The position numbers were made by a program, and so were the translations under genes. The notes under the pieces are model-generated. The model ran no database searches and had not been told where the DNA came from. It saw nothing but the letters and a program-made list of their open reading frames with translations. From NCBI GenBank assembly GCA_964016885.1, contig OZ024762.1:20088001-20152000 (forward strand): a DNA stretch of 64,000 nt, in the 5' to 3' direction. Each line of letters opens with the position of its first letter. The stretch's first letter is position 1. The DNA is from Eledone cirrhosa (taxonomy: Eukaryota). This document shows, piece after piece, positions 12,088 to 25,800 of the stretch.

Positions 12088-12314
12088 TTCTTCTGAGTTC
12101 AATCCGGTTTTATTTAATTTTAATTCTTAAAAAAAACAATTCTTTCCCCAGTCTCCATTTTTCACATTTTTTTTTTTTCAAATCTCATTTACTGGAGAAA
12201 AAAAAATTATTATTATTAAAAAAAAAAAAAAAAATACCATTTGCCACTTCTTGTATCCTCATTGTCTTAATTTTGTTATTTATTTCCCCCACCTCCTTCC
12301 AGAAAGTTAATATT

Positions 12315-12527
12315 TTAACCCTTTACCATTTACATTACTCTATATATACTATTGTATTTTCACAGTAAAGGAGATACCTCACATAGTACCAAATCTATGA
12401 GATTTTGATATTTATTTTGAAAACAATACCTAAACATCAGTATGAGTAGCTGGTTACAGCCAGTTTGAACAGGAAGAGGTGAGAGAATTCTGGTTGGATA
12501 CAGCTAGTTTAAATACTAAAGGGTTAA
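12315..12527. mobile_element. TTAA MITE copy
   Basis: TTAACCCTTT...AAAGGGTTAA; homologous to 3747-3949. Confidence 0.75.
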
Positions 12528-12634
12528 ACCACACTTATGTATATTGATTGTAGTCTTTCATCAAGCATTGAATAGCAACAGCAACATGTGTACACCAGCT
12601 CTTCCAGCCTATCTCTTCTTTAACATGCTCTACT

Positions 12635-12671
<37 letters not shown>

Positions 12672-12976
12672 CATCATCATCATTTTACGTCCGCTTTTCC
12701 CTGCTTGCAAGCGGACTGATTCTGGCTTGATTTCCACAGCTGGATGCCCTTCCTAACACCAACCTCATTTACAGTGAGTGCTGGGTGCTTTTTTTCCGTG
12801 GCACCTCCACGACTACTTTACAGTGGAATGATAGGGACCCCAGTCCTATCATCTCATTTCTACAGCTGAGTAAACTGGAGCAATGTGAAATAAAGTGTCT
12901 TGCTCAAGGAAACAACACATCACCCGGTCTGAGAATTGAAAGCCCAATGCTCTAACCACTAAGCCATGTACCTCCA
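12672..12976 (-). mobile_element. tRNA-SINE with RTE-derived 3' tail and (GAT)n end
   Basis: - strand: CATGGCTTAGTGGTTAGAG head, CTTGAGCAAGACAC body, GGGCATCCAGC tail, GGACGTAAAATGATGATG end; close copy at 60895-61227. Confidence 0.8.
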
Positions 12977-13094
12977 TATATATATATATATATATATATA
13001 TGTGTTATGTATTTCCGTACAAAAGGTAAAGAAAAGAAGAGTACTCTATGTATTGTACAGAGCTATTTAATTACATAATAAACAACACAATATA

Positions 13095-13230
13095 ATTATT
13101 CAATTACCAAAGGTTTCAGGAAACTAGACGATCTTACCAGAAATGTCCAGTATGCTCATCAGATGAAATATTTTTCTTTTTTTATTAATAGTTCATCTGA
13201 AGAGTCTACTGGACATTTCTGTTAAGATCG
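13095..13230 (-). ncRNA. Degenerate hammerhead motif plus partial inverted copy (PLE pLTR-like)
   Basis: - strand CTGATGA (13162-13156) ... GAAA-CC ttt GG-TA; 13129-13167 is inverted at 13191-13230; same family as 56629-56699. Confidence 0.5.
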
Positions 13231-13339
13231 TATAAACACCTACTTAGGGCATCAAATATAAACATGTTTCAGGCATCAAGGAGGTGGGGGGGAAGGGGTT
13301 AGTACCAAATAGTATATAAATATAAAATGAAAATCATTG

Positions 13340-16300
13340 TCTGCTGAAGGTGAAACTGTCGTCTCTCTCTACCAAAGATATGTGTCTGCTGCAGATGAAG
13401 ATATCATCTATCTGTTGCAGGTAAAGCAGTCATCTGTCTGCTGCAGGTGAAAGTATCGTCTGTCTGCTGCAGGTGAAGCTATCGTCTGTCTGCTGCAGGT
13501 GAAGCTATCCTCTATCTGCTGCAGGTGAAACTGTCGTCTGTCTGCTGCTGCAGGTGAAACTCGTCTCTCTACCAAAGATGTGTCTGCTGCAGATGAAGCT
13601 ATCGTCTGTCTACTGCAGGTGAAACTATCCTCTGTCTGCTGCAGGTGAAACTGTCGCCTCTCTACCAAAGATATGTGTCTGCTGCAGATGAAGCTATCAT
13701 CTATCTGCTGCAGATGAAGCTATCATCTGTCTACTGCAGGTGAAAGTGTCGTCTGTCTGCTGCAGATGAAGCTATCGTCTATCTACTGCAGGTGAAACTG
13801 TCGTCTGTCTGTTGCAGGTGAAAGTGTCGTCTGTCTGCTGCAGGTGAAGCTATCATATGTCTGCTGCAGGTGAAACAGTCGTCTGTCTGTTGCAGATGAA
13901 AGTGTTGTCTGTCTGCTGCAGGTGAAGCTATCGTCTGTCTGCTGCAGGTGAACTGTCGTCTCTCTAACAAAGATATGTCTGCTGCAGATGAAGCTATCGT
14001 CTGTCTGCTGCAGGTGAAGCTATCATATGTCTGCTGCAGGTGAAACAGTCGTCTGTCTGTTGCAGATGAAAGTGTCGTCTGTCTGCTGCAGATGAAGCTA
14101 TCGTCTGTCTGCTGCAGGTGAAACTGTCGTCTGTCTGCTGCTGCAGGTGAAGCTATCGTCTCTGCTGCAGGTGAAACTGTCTGTCTGTCTGCTGCTGCAG
14201 GTGAAACTGTCGTCTCTCTAACTAAGATATGTGTCTGCTGCAGATGAAGCTATCGTCTATCTGCTGCAGATGAAGCTATCGTCTGTCTGCTGCAGGTGAA
14301 GCTATCATCTGTCTGCTGCAGGTGAAACTGTCGTCTGTCTGCTGCTGCAGGTGAAACTGTTGTCCGTCTGCTGCAGGTGAAACTATCGTCTGTCTGCTGC
14401 AGGTGAAACTGTCGTCTCTCTACCAAAGATATGTGTCTGCTGCAGATGAAGCTATCATCTTTCTGCTGCAGATGAAGCTATCGTCTGTCTGCTGCAGGTG
14501 AAACTGTCGTCTGTCTACTGCAGGTGAAAGTGTCGTCTGTCTGCTGCAGATGAAGCTATCGTCTGTCTGCTGCTGCAGGTGAAACTGTCGTCTCTCTACC
14601 AAAGATATGTGTCTGCTGCAGATGAAGCTATCGTCTATCTGCTGCAGATGAAACTATCATCTGTCTGCTGCAGGTGAAACTGTCGTCTGTCTGCTGCTGC
14701 AGGTGAAACTGTTGTCCGTCTGCTGCAGGTGAAACTGTCGTCTCTCTACCAAAGATATGTGTCTGCTGCAGATGAAGCTATCGTCTGTCTGCTGCAGGTG
14801 AAGCTATCGTCTGTCTGCTGCAGGTGAAACTGTCGTCTCTCTACCAAAGATATGTGTCTGCTGCAGATGAAGCTATCATCTATCTGCTGCAGATGAAGCT
14901 ATCGTCTATCTGCTGCAGGTGAAACTGTTGTCCGTCTGCTGCAGGTGAAACTGTCGTCTCTTTACTAAAGATATGTGTCTACTGCAGATGAAGCTATCGT
15001 CTGTCTGCTGCAGGTGAAGCTATCATCTGTCTGCTGCAGGTGAAACTGTCGTCTGTCTGCTGCTGCAGGTGAAACTGTTGTCCGTCTGCTGCAGGTGAAA
15101 CTGTCGTCTCTCTACCAAAGATATGTGTCTGCTGCAGATGAAGCTATCGTCTGTCTGCTGCAGGTGAAGCTATCGTCTGTCTGCTGCAGGTGAAACTGTC
15201 GTCTCTCTACCAAAGATATGTGTCTGCTGCAGATGAAGCTATCATCTATCTGCTGCAGGTAAAGCAATCATCTGTCTGCTGCAGGTGAAAGTGTCGTCTG
15301 TCTGCTACAGGTGGTGAAACTGTCATCTGTCTGCTGCTGCAGGTGAAGCTGTCGTCTGTCCGCTGCTGGTGAAGCTGTCGTCTCTCTGCTGCAGGTGAAG
15401 CTGTTGTCTCTCTGCTGCAGGTGAAGCTGGCATCTGTCTGCTACTGGTGGTGAAACTGCCGTCTGTCTGCTGCTGCAGATGAAGCTGTCGTCTCTCTGCT
15501 GCAGGTGAAACTGTTGTCTGTCTGCTACAGGTGAAACTGTTGTCTGTCTGCTGCTGGTGAAGCTGTTGTCTGTCTGCTGCTGGTGAAATTGTTGTCTGTC
15601 TGCTGCTGGTGAAACTATTGTCTGTCTGCTGCTGGTGAAGCTGTTGTCTGTCTGCTGCAGGTGAAACTGTTGTCTGTCTGCTACAGGTGAAACTATCGGC
15701 TGTCTGCTGCTGGTGAAACTGTCGGCTGTCTGCTGCTGGTGAAACTGTTGTCTGTCTGCTGCAGGTGAAACTGTTGTCTGTCTGCTACAGGTGAAACTGT
15801 CGGCTGTCTGCTGCTGGTGAAACTGTTGTCTGTCTGCTGCAGGTGAAACTGTTGTCTGTTTGCTACAGGTGAAACTGTTGTCTGTCTGCTGCAGGTGAAA
15901 CTGTTGTCTGTCTGCTGCAGGTGAAACTGTTGTCTGTCTGCTGCAAGTGAAACTGTCGTCTGTCTGCTGCTGCAGGTGAAACTGTCGTCTGTCTGCTGCT
16001 GCAGGTGAAACTGTCGACTGTCTGCTGCTGCAGGTGAAACTGTCGGCTGTCTGCTGCAGGTGAAACTATTGTCTGTCTGCTACAGGTGAAACTGTTGTCT
16101 GTCTGCTGCAGGTGAAACTGTTGTCTGTCTGCTACAGGTGAAACTGTCGTCTGTCTGCTGCAGGTGAAACTGTTGTCTGTTTGCTACAGGTGAAACTGTT
16201 GTCTGTCTGCTACAGGTGAAACTGTTGTCTGTCTGCTGCAGGTGAAACTGTTGTCTGTCTGCTACAGGTGAAACTGTTGTCTGTCTGCTACAGGTGAAAC

Positions 16301-17445
16301 TGTCGGCTGTCTGCTGCTGGTGAAACTGTCGGCTGTCTGCTGCTGGTGAAACTGTCGGCTGTCTGCTGCTGGTGAAACTGTCGTCTGTCTGCTGCTGGTG
16401 AAACTGTTGTCTGTCTGCTACAGGTGAAACTGTTGTCTGTCTGCTGCAGGTGAAGCTATTGTCTCTGCTGCAGGTGAAACTGTCGTCTGTCTGCTGCTGC
16501 AGGTGAAGCTATCGTCTCTGCTGCAAGTGAAACTGTCGTCTGTCTGCTGCTGCAGGTGAAACTGTCGTCTGTCTGCTGCTGCAGGTGAAACTGTCGACTG
16601 TCTGCTGCTACAGGTGAAACTGTTGTCTGTCTGCTACAGGTGAAACTGTCGGCTGTCTGCTGCAGGTGAAACTGTTGTCTGTCTGCTACAGGTGAAACTG
16701 TCGTCTGTCTGCTGCTGCAGGTGAAACTGTCGTCTGTCTGCTACAGGTGAAACTGTCGGCTGTCTGCTGCAGGTGAAACTGTTGTCTGTCTGCTACAGGT
16801 GAAACTGTCGTCTGTCTGCTGCTGCAGGTGAAACTGTCATCTGTCTGCTGCTGGTGAAACTGTTGTTTGTCTGCTGCAGGTGAAACTGTTGTCTGTCTGC
16901 TACTGCAGGTGAAACTGTCGACTGTCTGCTGCTGCAGGTGAAACTGTGGGCTGTCTGCTGCATGTGAAACTATTGTATGTCTGCTGCAGGTGAAACTGTC
17001 GGCTGTCTGCTACAGGTGAAACTGTTGTCTGTCTGCTACAGGTGAAACTATTGTATGTCTGCTGCTGGTGAAGCTGTTGTCTGTCTGCTACAGGTGAAAC
17101 TGTTGTCTGTCTGCTACAGGTGAAACTGTCGTCTGTCTGCTGCTACAGGTGAAACTGTGGGCTGTCTGCTGCATGTGAAACTATTGTATGTCTGCTGCTG
17201 GTGAAGCTGTTGTCTGTCTGCTGCAGGTGAAACTGTTTGTCTGTCTGCTGCTGGTGAAACTATTGTCTGTCTGCTACAGGTGAAACTGTTGTCTGTCTGC
17301 TACAGGTGAAACTGTTGTCTGTCTGCTGCAGGTGAAATTGTTGTCTGTCTGCTACAGGTGAAACTGTCATCTGTCTGCTGCAGGTGAAGCTGTCGTTTGT
17401 CTGCTGCAGGTGAAGCTGTCGTTTGTCTGCTGTAGGTGAAACTAT
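13340..17445. repeat. ~4.1-kb minisatellite, 26-29-bp unit CTGCTGCAGGTGAAACTGTCGTCTGT with variants
   Basis: Directly visible periodicity. Confidence 0.95.
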
Positions 17446-18532
17446 TTATTCAGGTAAAGATGTCTTTACGTGACAATATGAAATTAATGTCGAGGTCTTT
17501 GCAATAAAATTCAAACAAGAATTTCAAACAAATACCTTTCTTATATATTGTTTGTTTTAGTTTTCTTGGCTGCAATTTATTTTTTATTTTTCAGATATTT
17601 TTTCAGACATTGTCAAAAAAGGAAATAATTTAATAAACAGAAGTAAAAAAAAAAATAAGTTATTTGAATATTTTCTCTGACTTTGTTTTTCTGTTGTCAA
17701 TATTTGGTGGAACAGATGAATGTGATGGAATTATAGGAAACAATAAACTTAAAGAGGGAATTCTTTCATGAATGATGTCGGTATGTGTATATATGTCTGT
17801 CTGCATGTAGTGATAGGGGCGTCATAGTGGCATACAAGCTGTCTTTGGTGGGTTTTTTTAAATCTCCTCTCTTCCCCAGGCCTGGAGGGAGAAGAGAGAG
17901 AGAAACATAGTGATTGAGAGAGAGAGAAAGGTATAGAGGAAGAATTGACTTCAGTACAGTACTTATTTTGTCGACCTTGAGAAGATGGAGATCAAAACCA
18001 GCTATGAAAGTTAGTCCATGGGCAGTTTTGACCATTTTATAGGTTTCTGCAGAGCTTGACACAAAACTTTTTTTTTTTTCGACCTTCAAAAGATGGAGAT
18101 CAAAAGCTGCCCTAAATGTAGTCTTGCTCTTGTGTTGGCATGAAGGGTTCATTCTACTGACATGGCTATAAAATTGAGGCTTGTTTGCATAATTGGGACC
18201 CTTTTTACCGTGTTTCCTACACAACCACCTTACAGTGTGGACTGGGAGCCTTTTTACCGTGTCTCCTACATGACCACATTACAGTGTGGACTCGGAGCCT
18301 CCTACCCACCACTTCATGTTTGCAACATATGGAAAATAAATTTGCTTAAAAATATAAACAGTTAAAATAAAATAAAATAAAATTGAAAATCAAATAATTA
18401 AAATTAAAATAAATGAAATGTCGTGGTTTTTAATTGAGTTCCCAGACGCTCGTTGCGCTGAGTCTGTAGACTGCACATCAATGGGAGATGATGTGCTCCA
18501 TAAAGTTTGATCACCAACAGCAGAGTTTGTCC

Positions 18533-19140
18533 CTATACTGTTGTATTATCACAGTAAAGGCTTTACCTCACATAACATTTACATTACTCTATATATACTG
18601 TTGTTTTTTCACAGTAAGGGCTTTACTTCACATAATATCTCACATAACATTCATATACTATTGTATTATCACAGTAAAGGCTTTACCTCACATAACATTT
18701 ACATTACTCTATATATACTGTTGTTTTTTCATAGTAAAGGCTTTACCTCACATAACATTTACATTACTGTGAAAATACAATAGTATATATAGAGTAATGT
18801 AAGGTAAAGCCTTTCCTGTGAAAATACAATAGTAAATATAAAGTGATGTAAATGTTATGTGAGCTATGTGAGGTAAAGCCTTTACTGTGAAAATAGAATA
18901 GTATATACAGAGTAAAGGCTTTACTTCACATAATTATCCCACATAACATTTACATTACTCTATATATACTATTGTATTTTCACAGTGAAGGCTTTATCTC
19001 ACATAATATCAAATCTATGAGATTTTGATATTATTTATTTTGAGAACAATACCTTAATGTTAATATGAGTAGCCGGTTTGAACAGAAAGAGGTGAGAGAA
19101 TTCCTGCCTGATATGGCTAGTTTAAATGTTAATAGGTTAA
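18533..19140. mobile_element. Rearranged TTAA MITE with internal direct and inverted duplications
   Basis: ACAGTAAAGGCTTTACCTCACATAACATTTACATTACT repeated directly and inverted; right end resembles the MITE terminus. Confidence 0.6.
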
Positions 19141-19557
19141 ACTTGGTAATATTGAGTAACTCATTGATAGAGATAGGGTCACTGAGATGTTTGCCAGTCC
19201 TAAGTCTCATGATGTGGTTCTGGGATGTAGAGAGTTTCTGAACTGACCTTGTTGTCTAGTTAACACAATCAAGACCATATAACCCTATTCAAACCAGCCA
19301 AATCAGGCCAGAATTTTCTCACCTCTTTCTGTTCGAACCAGCCATATCAGGCCAGATTTCTCTCATCTGTTTCTGTTCAAACCGGCTGTAACCAGCCACT
19401 CATAGGAAGGCCGCAGTAGAGGTAGACCTAGGTTTAAGAGGAATCCGAGGTGACGTGCAAGAGAGAAAACTGATCAGTGCCAGGTGAGAGGGTGAAAGAA
19501 GCCATTTAACGCTGTGTACTTCCTATAAGATCTCCCAAGGCCAGCTAAACCATAGTC

Positions 19558-21215
19558 AAGGAAGAACTGGGCAGAAGTGGTGAGAGCTGACCTCAGTAGA
19601 GGTAGACCAAGGAAGACCAGGGCAGAAGTGGTGAGAGCTGACCTCAGTAGAGGTAGACCAAGGAAGACCTGGGCAGAAGTGGTGAGAGCTGACCTCAGTA
19701 GAGGTAGACCAAGGAAGACCTGGGCAGAAGTGGTGAGAGCTGACCTCAGTAGAGGTAGACCAAGGAAGAACTGGGCAGAAGTGGTGAGAGCTGACCTCAG
19801 TAGAGGTAGACCAAGGAAGAACTGGGCAGAAGTGGTGAGAGCTGACCTCAGTAGAGGTAGACCAAGGAAGACCTGGGCAGAGGTGGTGAGAGCTAACCTC
19901 AGTAGAGTAGCCCTGGGCAGAGGTGGTGAGAGCTGACCTCAGTAGAGAAAGACCTGGGCAGAGGTGGTGAGAGCTAACCCGTAGAGGTTGACCAAGAAAG
20001 ACCTGGACAGTGGTTGTGAGAGCTGACCTCAGTAGAGGTAGACCAAGGAAGAGGTGGTGAGAGCTAACCTCAGTAGAGGTAGACCAAGGAAGAGGTGGTG
20101 AGAGCTAACCTCAGTAGAGGTAGACCAAGGAAGAGGTGGTGAGAGCTAACCTCAGTAGAGGTAGACCAAGGAAGAGGTGGTGAGAGCTAACCTCGGTAGA
20201 GTAGACCTGGGCAGAGGTTGTGAGAGCTGACCTCAGTAGAGGTAGACCAAGGAAGAGGTGGTGAGAGCTAACCTCAGTAGAGTAGACCTGGGCAGAGGTT
20301 GTGAGAGCTGACCTCAGTAGAGGTAGACCAAGGAAGAGGTGGTGAGAGCTAACCTCAGTAGAGTAGACCTGGGCAGAGGTTGTGAGAGCTGACCTCAGTA
20401 GAGGTAGACCAAGGAAGAGGTGGTGAGAGCTAACCTCAGTAGAGTAGACCTGGGCAGAGGTGGTGAGAGCTAACCTCAGTAGAGGTAGACCAAGGAAGAG
20501 GTGGTGAGAGCTAACCTCAGTAGAGGTAGACCAAGGAAGAGGTGGTGAGAGCTAACCTCAGTAGAGTAGATCTGGGAAGAGGTGGTGAGAGCTAACCTCA
20601 GTAGAGTAGATCTGGGAAGAGGTGGTGAGAGCTAACCTCAGTAGAGGTAGACCAAGGAAGAGGTGGTGAGAGCTAACCTCAGTAGAGGTAGACCAAGGAA
20701 GAGGTGGTGAGAGCTAACCTCAGTAGAGTAGACCTGGGCAGAGGTTGTGAGAGCTGACCTCAGTAGAGGTAGACCAAGGAAGATCTGGGAAGAGGTGGTG
20801 AGAGCTAACCTCAGTAGAGGTAGACCAAGGAAGATCTGGGAAGAGGTGGTGAGAGCTAACCTCAGTAGAGGTAGACCAAGGAAGAGGTGGTGAGAGCTAA
20901 CCTCAGTAGAGTAGACCTGGGCAGAGGTTGTGAGAGCTGACCTCAGTAGAGGTAGACCAAGGAAGATCTGGGAAGAGGTGGTGAGAGCTAACCTCAGTAG
21001 AGGTAGACCAAGGAAGATCTGGGAAGAGGTAGTGAGAGCTGACCTGAGTAGCGGTAGACCAAGGAAGATCTGGGAAGAGGTAGTGAGAGCTGACCTGAGT
21101 AGCGGTAGACCTGGGGGAAGGTTGTGAGAACTGACCTCAGTAGAAGTAGACCAAGGAAGAGGTGATGGGAGCTGACCTCAATAGAGGTAGACCTGGGGGG
21201 AGGTTGTGAGCTATC
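19558..21215 (+). repeat. Minisatellite with a 51-bp basic unit and deletion variants, derived from the RTE ORF C-terminal GRPRKTW motif
   Basis: Unit translates EVVRADLSRGRPRKTWA; compare the RTE remnant GRPRKTWDELINSDL in ORF 37062-37499. Confidence 0.85.
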
Positions 21216-21818
21216 ACCTCATTGAGTGCTCTACAATGCATACTGAAGTGTTGGTAACTAACTAACATATACTCAGAAATACACATGCTTACAGCTCATA
21301 AAGACCAACAAAAATAAATCCTTCTACACTTTATTTCACTGCTCTGTGTGGACCAACAACTAACACACAGACATGCTTATAGCTTCATACTTACACACAT
21401 ACTCCGATACTTACATATACACATACATATCCGTACAGATGAATAACAAACACACATGTACAGCCTTATATACTAAACAGTGTTTGTTCCTTTTCAGCTA
21501 GACACGTTCAATCACTGCCTTTTAAAATCTTTTAAAGATGATCTAACACAAAACGCCAGCATCAACAGTTTTACAAGAGATAGAAATGTGAATAGACCTG
21601 TTTTTTCTTTAGAAAATTTCTTATTTCATTTCTGCCACTGACCAGTCTCTGCAATCTTTCTATATTTTCTTTAATCTTTAAATCTAGGAACATTATCTGG
21701 TTAGCAGACGATAGAAGCTACTACGGCCACTTTCTCCCCTTAAACCCTGGTCAATACCAGGTTAAAGGGAGAAAAAAGTAGTTTACGGGTGTGCACTTCT
21801 CATAGTATCTCCTACAGC

Positions 21819-22248
21819 CAGCTAAACCCTGGTCAATACCAGGTTAGAGGGTGATTGAAGCAATTTTAAGGGTGTGTAGTTCTCATACGATCTACAGCCA
21901 GCTAAACCCTGGTCAATACCAGGTTAGAGGGTGATTGAAGCAATTTTAAGGGTGTGTAGTTCTCATACGATCTACAGCCAGCTAAACCCTGGTCAATACC
22001 AGGTTAGAGGGTGATTGAAGCAATTTTAAGGGTGTGTAGTTCTCATACGATCTACAGCCAGCTAAACCCTGGCCAATACCAGGTTAGAGGGTGATTGAAG
22101 CAATTTTAAGGGTGTGTAGTTCTCATACGATCTACAGCCAGCTAAACCCTGGTCAATGCTAGGCTAGAGGGTGATTGAAGCAATTTTAAGGGTGTGTAGT
22201 TCTCATACGATCTACAGCCAGCTAAGCCCTGGTCAATGCCAGGTTAGC
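21819..22248. repeat. 80-bp tandem array (~5 copies)
   Basis: Unit CCAGCTAAACCCTGGTCAATACCAGGTTAGAGGGTGATTGAAGCAATTTTAAGGGTGTGTAGTTCTCATACGATCTACAG. Confidence 0.9.
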
Positions 22249-22835
22249 AGGCTAAAGAGACAGTTTTAGGGTGTATACGTCCCCTAGTACCACCAATGGC
22301 CAGCTAAACCCTAGTCAATTCCTGGCTTCAAAGTGTATACTTCTCATAGGTTCTCCTACGGCCAGCTAAACCAGGTTAGAGGGTGAAAGAAACAGTTTAA
22401 GGGTGTATACTTCCCATAGTATCTCATACGGCCATATTAAGGGTGCTTGTATATATATATTCATATATATATGTGTGCCTCTGTATATATATATATTGCC
22501 AAGTGGGCCTATCTGGGTTGGCACGTAGATGCTGGCCCGGAACTTCTGTGAGAGACTGGCCCTACAAGGAGCAATATTTCCAGCACGTAGATGCTGGCCC
22601 GTCCCAGACCAACTTGAAGTTAATTCACAGACTTATTACTAAAAAAAAAAAATTATTTTTTAAATGTGACTTATCTCCCCTTGGATATTACCTCGCTTGA
22701 TTTGAAGAACTAAGTGTTTTTTTCTTTCGACACGCCATGGATTACCTTTGGTCTGGAACTTCTGTGGGAGGCTGGCCCGCCTAGTGTGGCCCTACAAGGA
22801 GCAATATTTCCAGATGGATCTTTACCTAATTAACC

Positions 22836-25800
22836 CTAGCTAACCTCAGTAGAGTAGACCTGGGCAGAGGTAGACCAAGGAAGAGGTGGTGAGAGTAGAC
22901 CTGGGCAGAGGTTGTGAGAGCTGACCTCAGTAGAGGTAGACCAAGGGAGATCTGGGAAGAGGTGGTGAGAGTAGACCTGGGCAGAGGTTGTGAGAGTAGA
23001 CCTGGGTAGAGGTTGTGAGAGCTGACCTCAGTAGAGGTAGACCAAGGAAGATCTGGGAAGAGGTGGTGAGAGCTAACCTCAGTAGAGTAGACCTGGGCAG
23101 AGGTTGTGAGAGCTGACCTCAGTAGAGGTAGACCAAGGAAGAGGTAGTGAGAGCTGACCTGAGTAGCGGTAGACCTGGGGGAAGGTTGTGAGAACTGACC
23201 TCAGTAGAAGTAGACCAAGGAAGAGGTGATGGGAGCTGACCTCAATAGAGGTAGACCTGGGGGGAGGTTGTGAGCTATCACCTCATTGAGTGCTCTACAA
23301 TGCATACTGAAGTGTTGGTAACTAACTAACATACTCAGAAATACACATGCCTACAGCTCATAAAGACCAACAAAAATAAATCCTTCTACACTTTATTTCA
23401 CTGCTCTGTGTGGACCAACAACTAACACACAGACATGCTTATAGCTTCATACTTACACACATACTCTTATACTTACATATACACATACATATCCGTACAG
23501 ATGAATAACAAACACACATGTACAGCCTTATATACTAAACAGTGTTTGTTCCTTTTCAGCTAGACACGTTCAATCACTGCCTTTTAAAATCTTTTAAAGA
23601 TGATCTAACACAAAACGCCAGCATCAACAGTTTTACAAGAGATAGAAATGTGAATAGACCTGTTTTTTCTTTAGAAAATTTCTTATTTCATTTCTGCCAC
23701 TGACCAGTCTCTGCAATCTTTCTATATTTTCTTTAAATCTAGGAACATTATCTGGTTAGCAGACGATAAAAGCTACTACGGCCACTTTCTCCCCTTAAAC
23801 CCTGGTCAATACCAGGTTAAAGGGGAGAAAAAAGTAGTTTAAGGGTGTGTAGTTCTCATACGATCTACAGCCAGCTAAACCCTGGTCAATGCTAGGCTAG
23901 AGGGTGATTGAAGCAATTTTAAGGGTGTGTAGTTCTCATACGATCTACAGCCAGCTAAACCCTGGTCAATACCAGGTTAGAGGGTGATTGAAGCAATTTT
24001 AAGGGTGTGTAGTTCTCATACGATCTACAGCCAGCTAAACCCTGGTCAATACCAGGTTAGAGGGTGATTGAAGCAATTTTAAGGGTGTGTAGTTCTCATA
24101 CGATCTACAGCCAGCTAAACCCTGGTCAATGCTAGGTTAGAGGGTGATTGAAGCAATTTTAAGGGTGTGTAGTTCTCATACGATCTACAGCCAGCTAAAC
24201 CCTGGTCAATACCAGGTTAGAGGGTGATTGAAGCAATTTTAAGGGTGTGTAGTTCTCATACGATCTACAGCCAGCTAAACCCTGGTCAATGCCAGGTTAG
24301 AGGGTGATTGAAGCAATTTTAAGGGTGTGTAGTTCTCATACGATCTACAGCCAGCTAAACCCTGGTCAATGCTAGGTTAGAGGGTGATTGAAGCAATTTT
24401 AAGGGTGTGTAGTTCTCATACGATCTACAGCCAGCTAAACCCTGGTCAATGCTAGGCTAGAGGGTGATTGAAGCAATTTTAAGGGTGTGTAGTTCTCATA
24501 CGATCTACAGCCAGCTAAACCCTGGTCAATGCTAGGCTAGAGGGTGATTGAAGCAATTTTAAGGGTGTGTAGTTCTCATACGATCTACAGCCAGCTAAAC
24601 CCTGGTCAATGCTAGGCTAGAGGGTGATTGAAGCAATTTTAAGGGTGTGTAGTTCTCATACGATCTACAGCCAGCTAAACCCTGGTCAATGCTAGGCTAG
24701 AGGGTGATTGAAGCAATTTTAAGGGTGTGTAGTTCTCATACGATCTACAGCCAGCTAAACCCTGGTCAATACCAGGTTAGAGGGTGATTGAAGCAATTTT
24801 AAGGGTGTGTAGTTCTCATACGATCTACAGCCAGCTAAACCCTGGTCAATACCAGGTTAGAGGGTGATTGAAGCAATTTTAAGGGTGTGTAGTTCTCATA
24901 CGATCTACAGCCAGCTAAACCCTGGTCAATGCTAGGTTAGAGGGTGATTGAAGCAATTTTAAGGGTGTGTAGTTCTCATACGATCTACAGCCAGCTAAAC
25001 CCTGGTCAATACCAGGTTAGAGGGTGATTGAAGCAATTTTAAGGGTGTGTAGTTCTCATACGATCTACAGCCAGCTAAACCCTGGTCAATACCAGGTTAG
25101 AGGGTGATTGAAGCAATTTTAAGGGTGTGTAGTTCTCATACGATCTACAGCCAGCTAAACCCTGGTCAATGCTAGGTTAGAGGGTGATTGAAGCAATTTT
25201 AAGGGTGTGTAGTTCTCATACGATCTACAGCCAGCTAAACCCTGGTCAATGCTAGGCTAGAGGGTGATTGAAGCAATTTTAAGGGTGTGTAGTTCTCATA
25301 CGATCTACAGCCAGCTAAACCCTGGTCAATGCTAGGCTAGAGGGTGATTGAAGCAATTTTAAGGGTGTGTAGTTCTCATACGATCTACAGCCAGCTAAAC
25401 CCTGGTCAATGCTAGGCTAGAGGGTGATTGAAGCAATTTTAAGGGTGTGTAGTTCTCATACGATCTACAGCCAGCTAAACCCTGGTCAATGCTAGGTTAG
25501 AGGGTGATTGAAGCAATTTTAAGGGTGTGTAGTTCTCATACGATCTACAGCCAGCTAAACCCTGGTCAATGCTAGGCTAGAGGGTGATTGAAGCAATTTT
25601 AAGGGTGTGTAGTTCTCATACGATCTACAGCCAGCTAAACCCTGGTCAATGCTAGGCTAGAGGGTGATTGAAGCAATTTTAAGGGTGTGTAGTTCTCATA
25701 CGATCTACAGCCAGCTAAACCCTGGTCAATGCTAGGCTAGAGGGTGATTGAAGCAATTTTAAGGGTGTGTAGTTCTCATACGATCTACAGCCAGCTAAAC

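Noticed and set aside
13340-17445. GAAAC-TGTC-GTC in the satellite unit resembling a hammerhead half (retrozyme-like array)
   Set aside because: No CUGANGA box or consistent stems I and II in the unit
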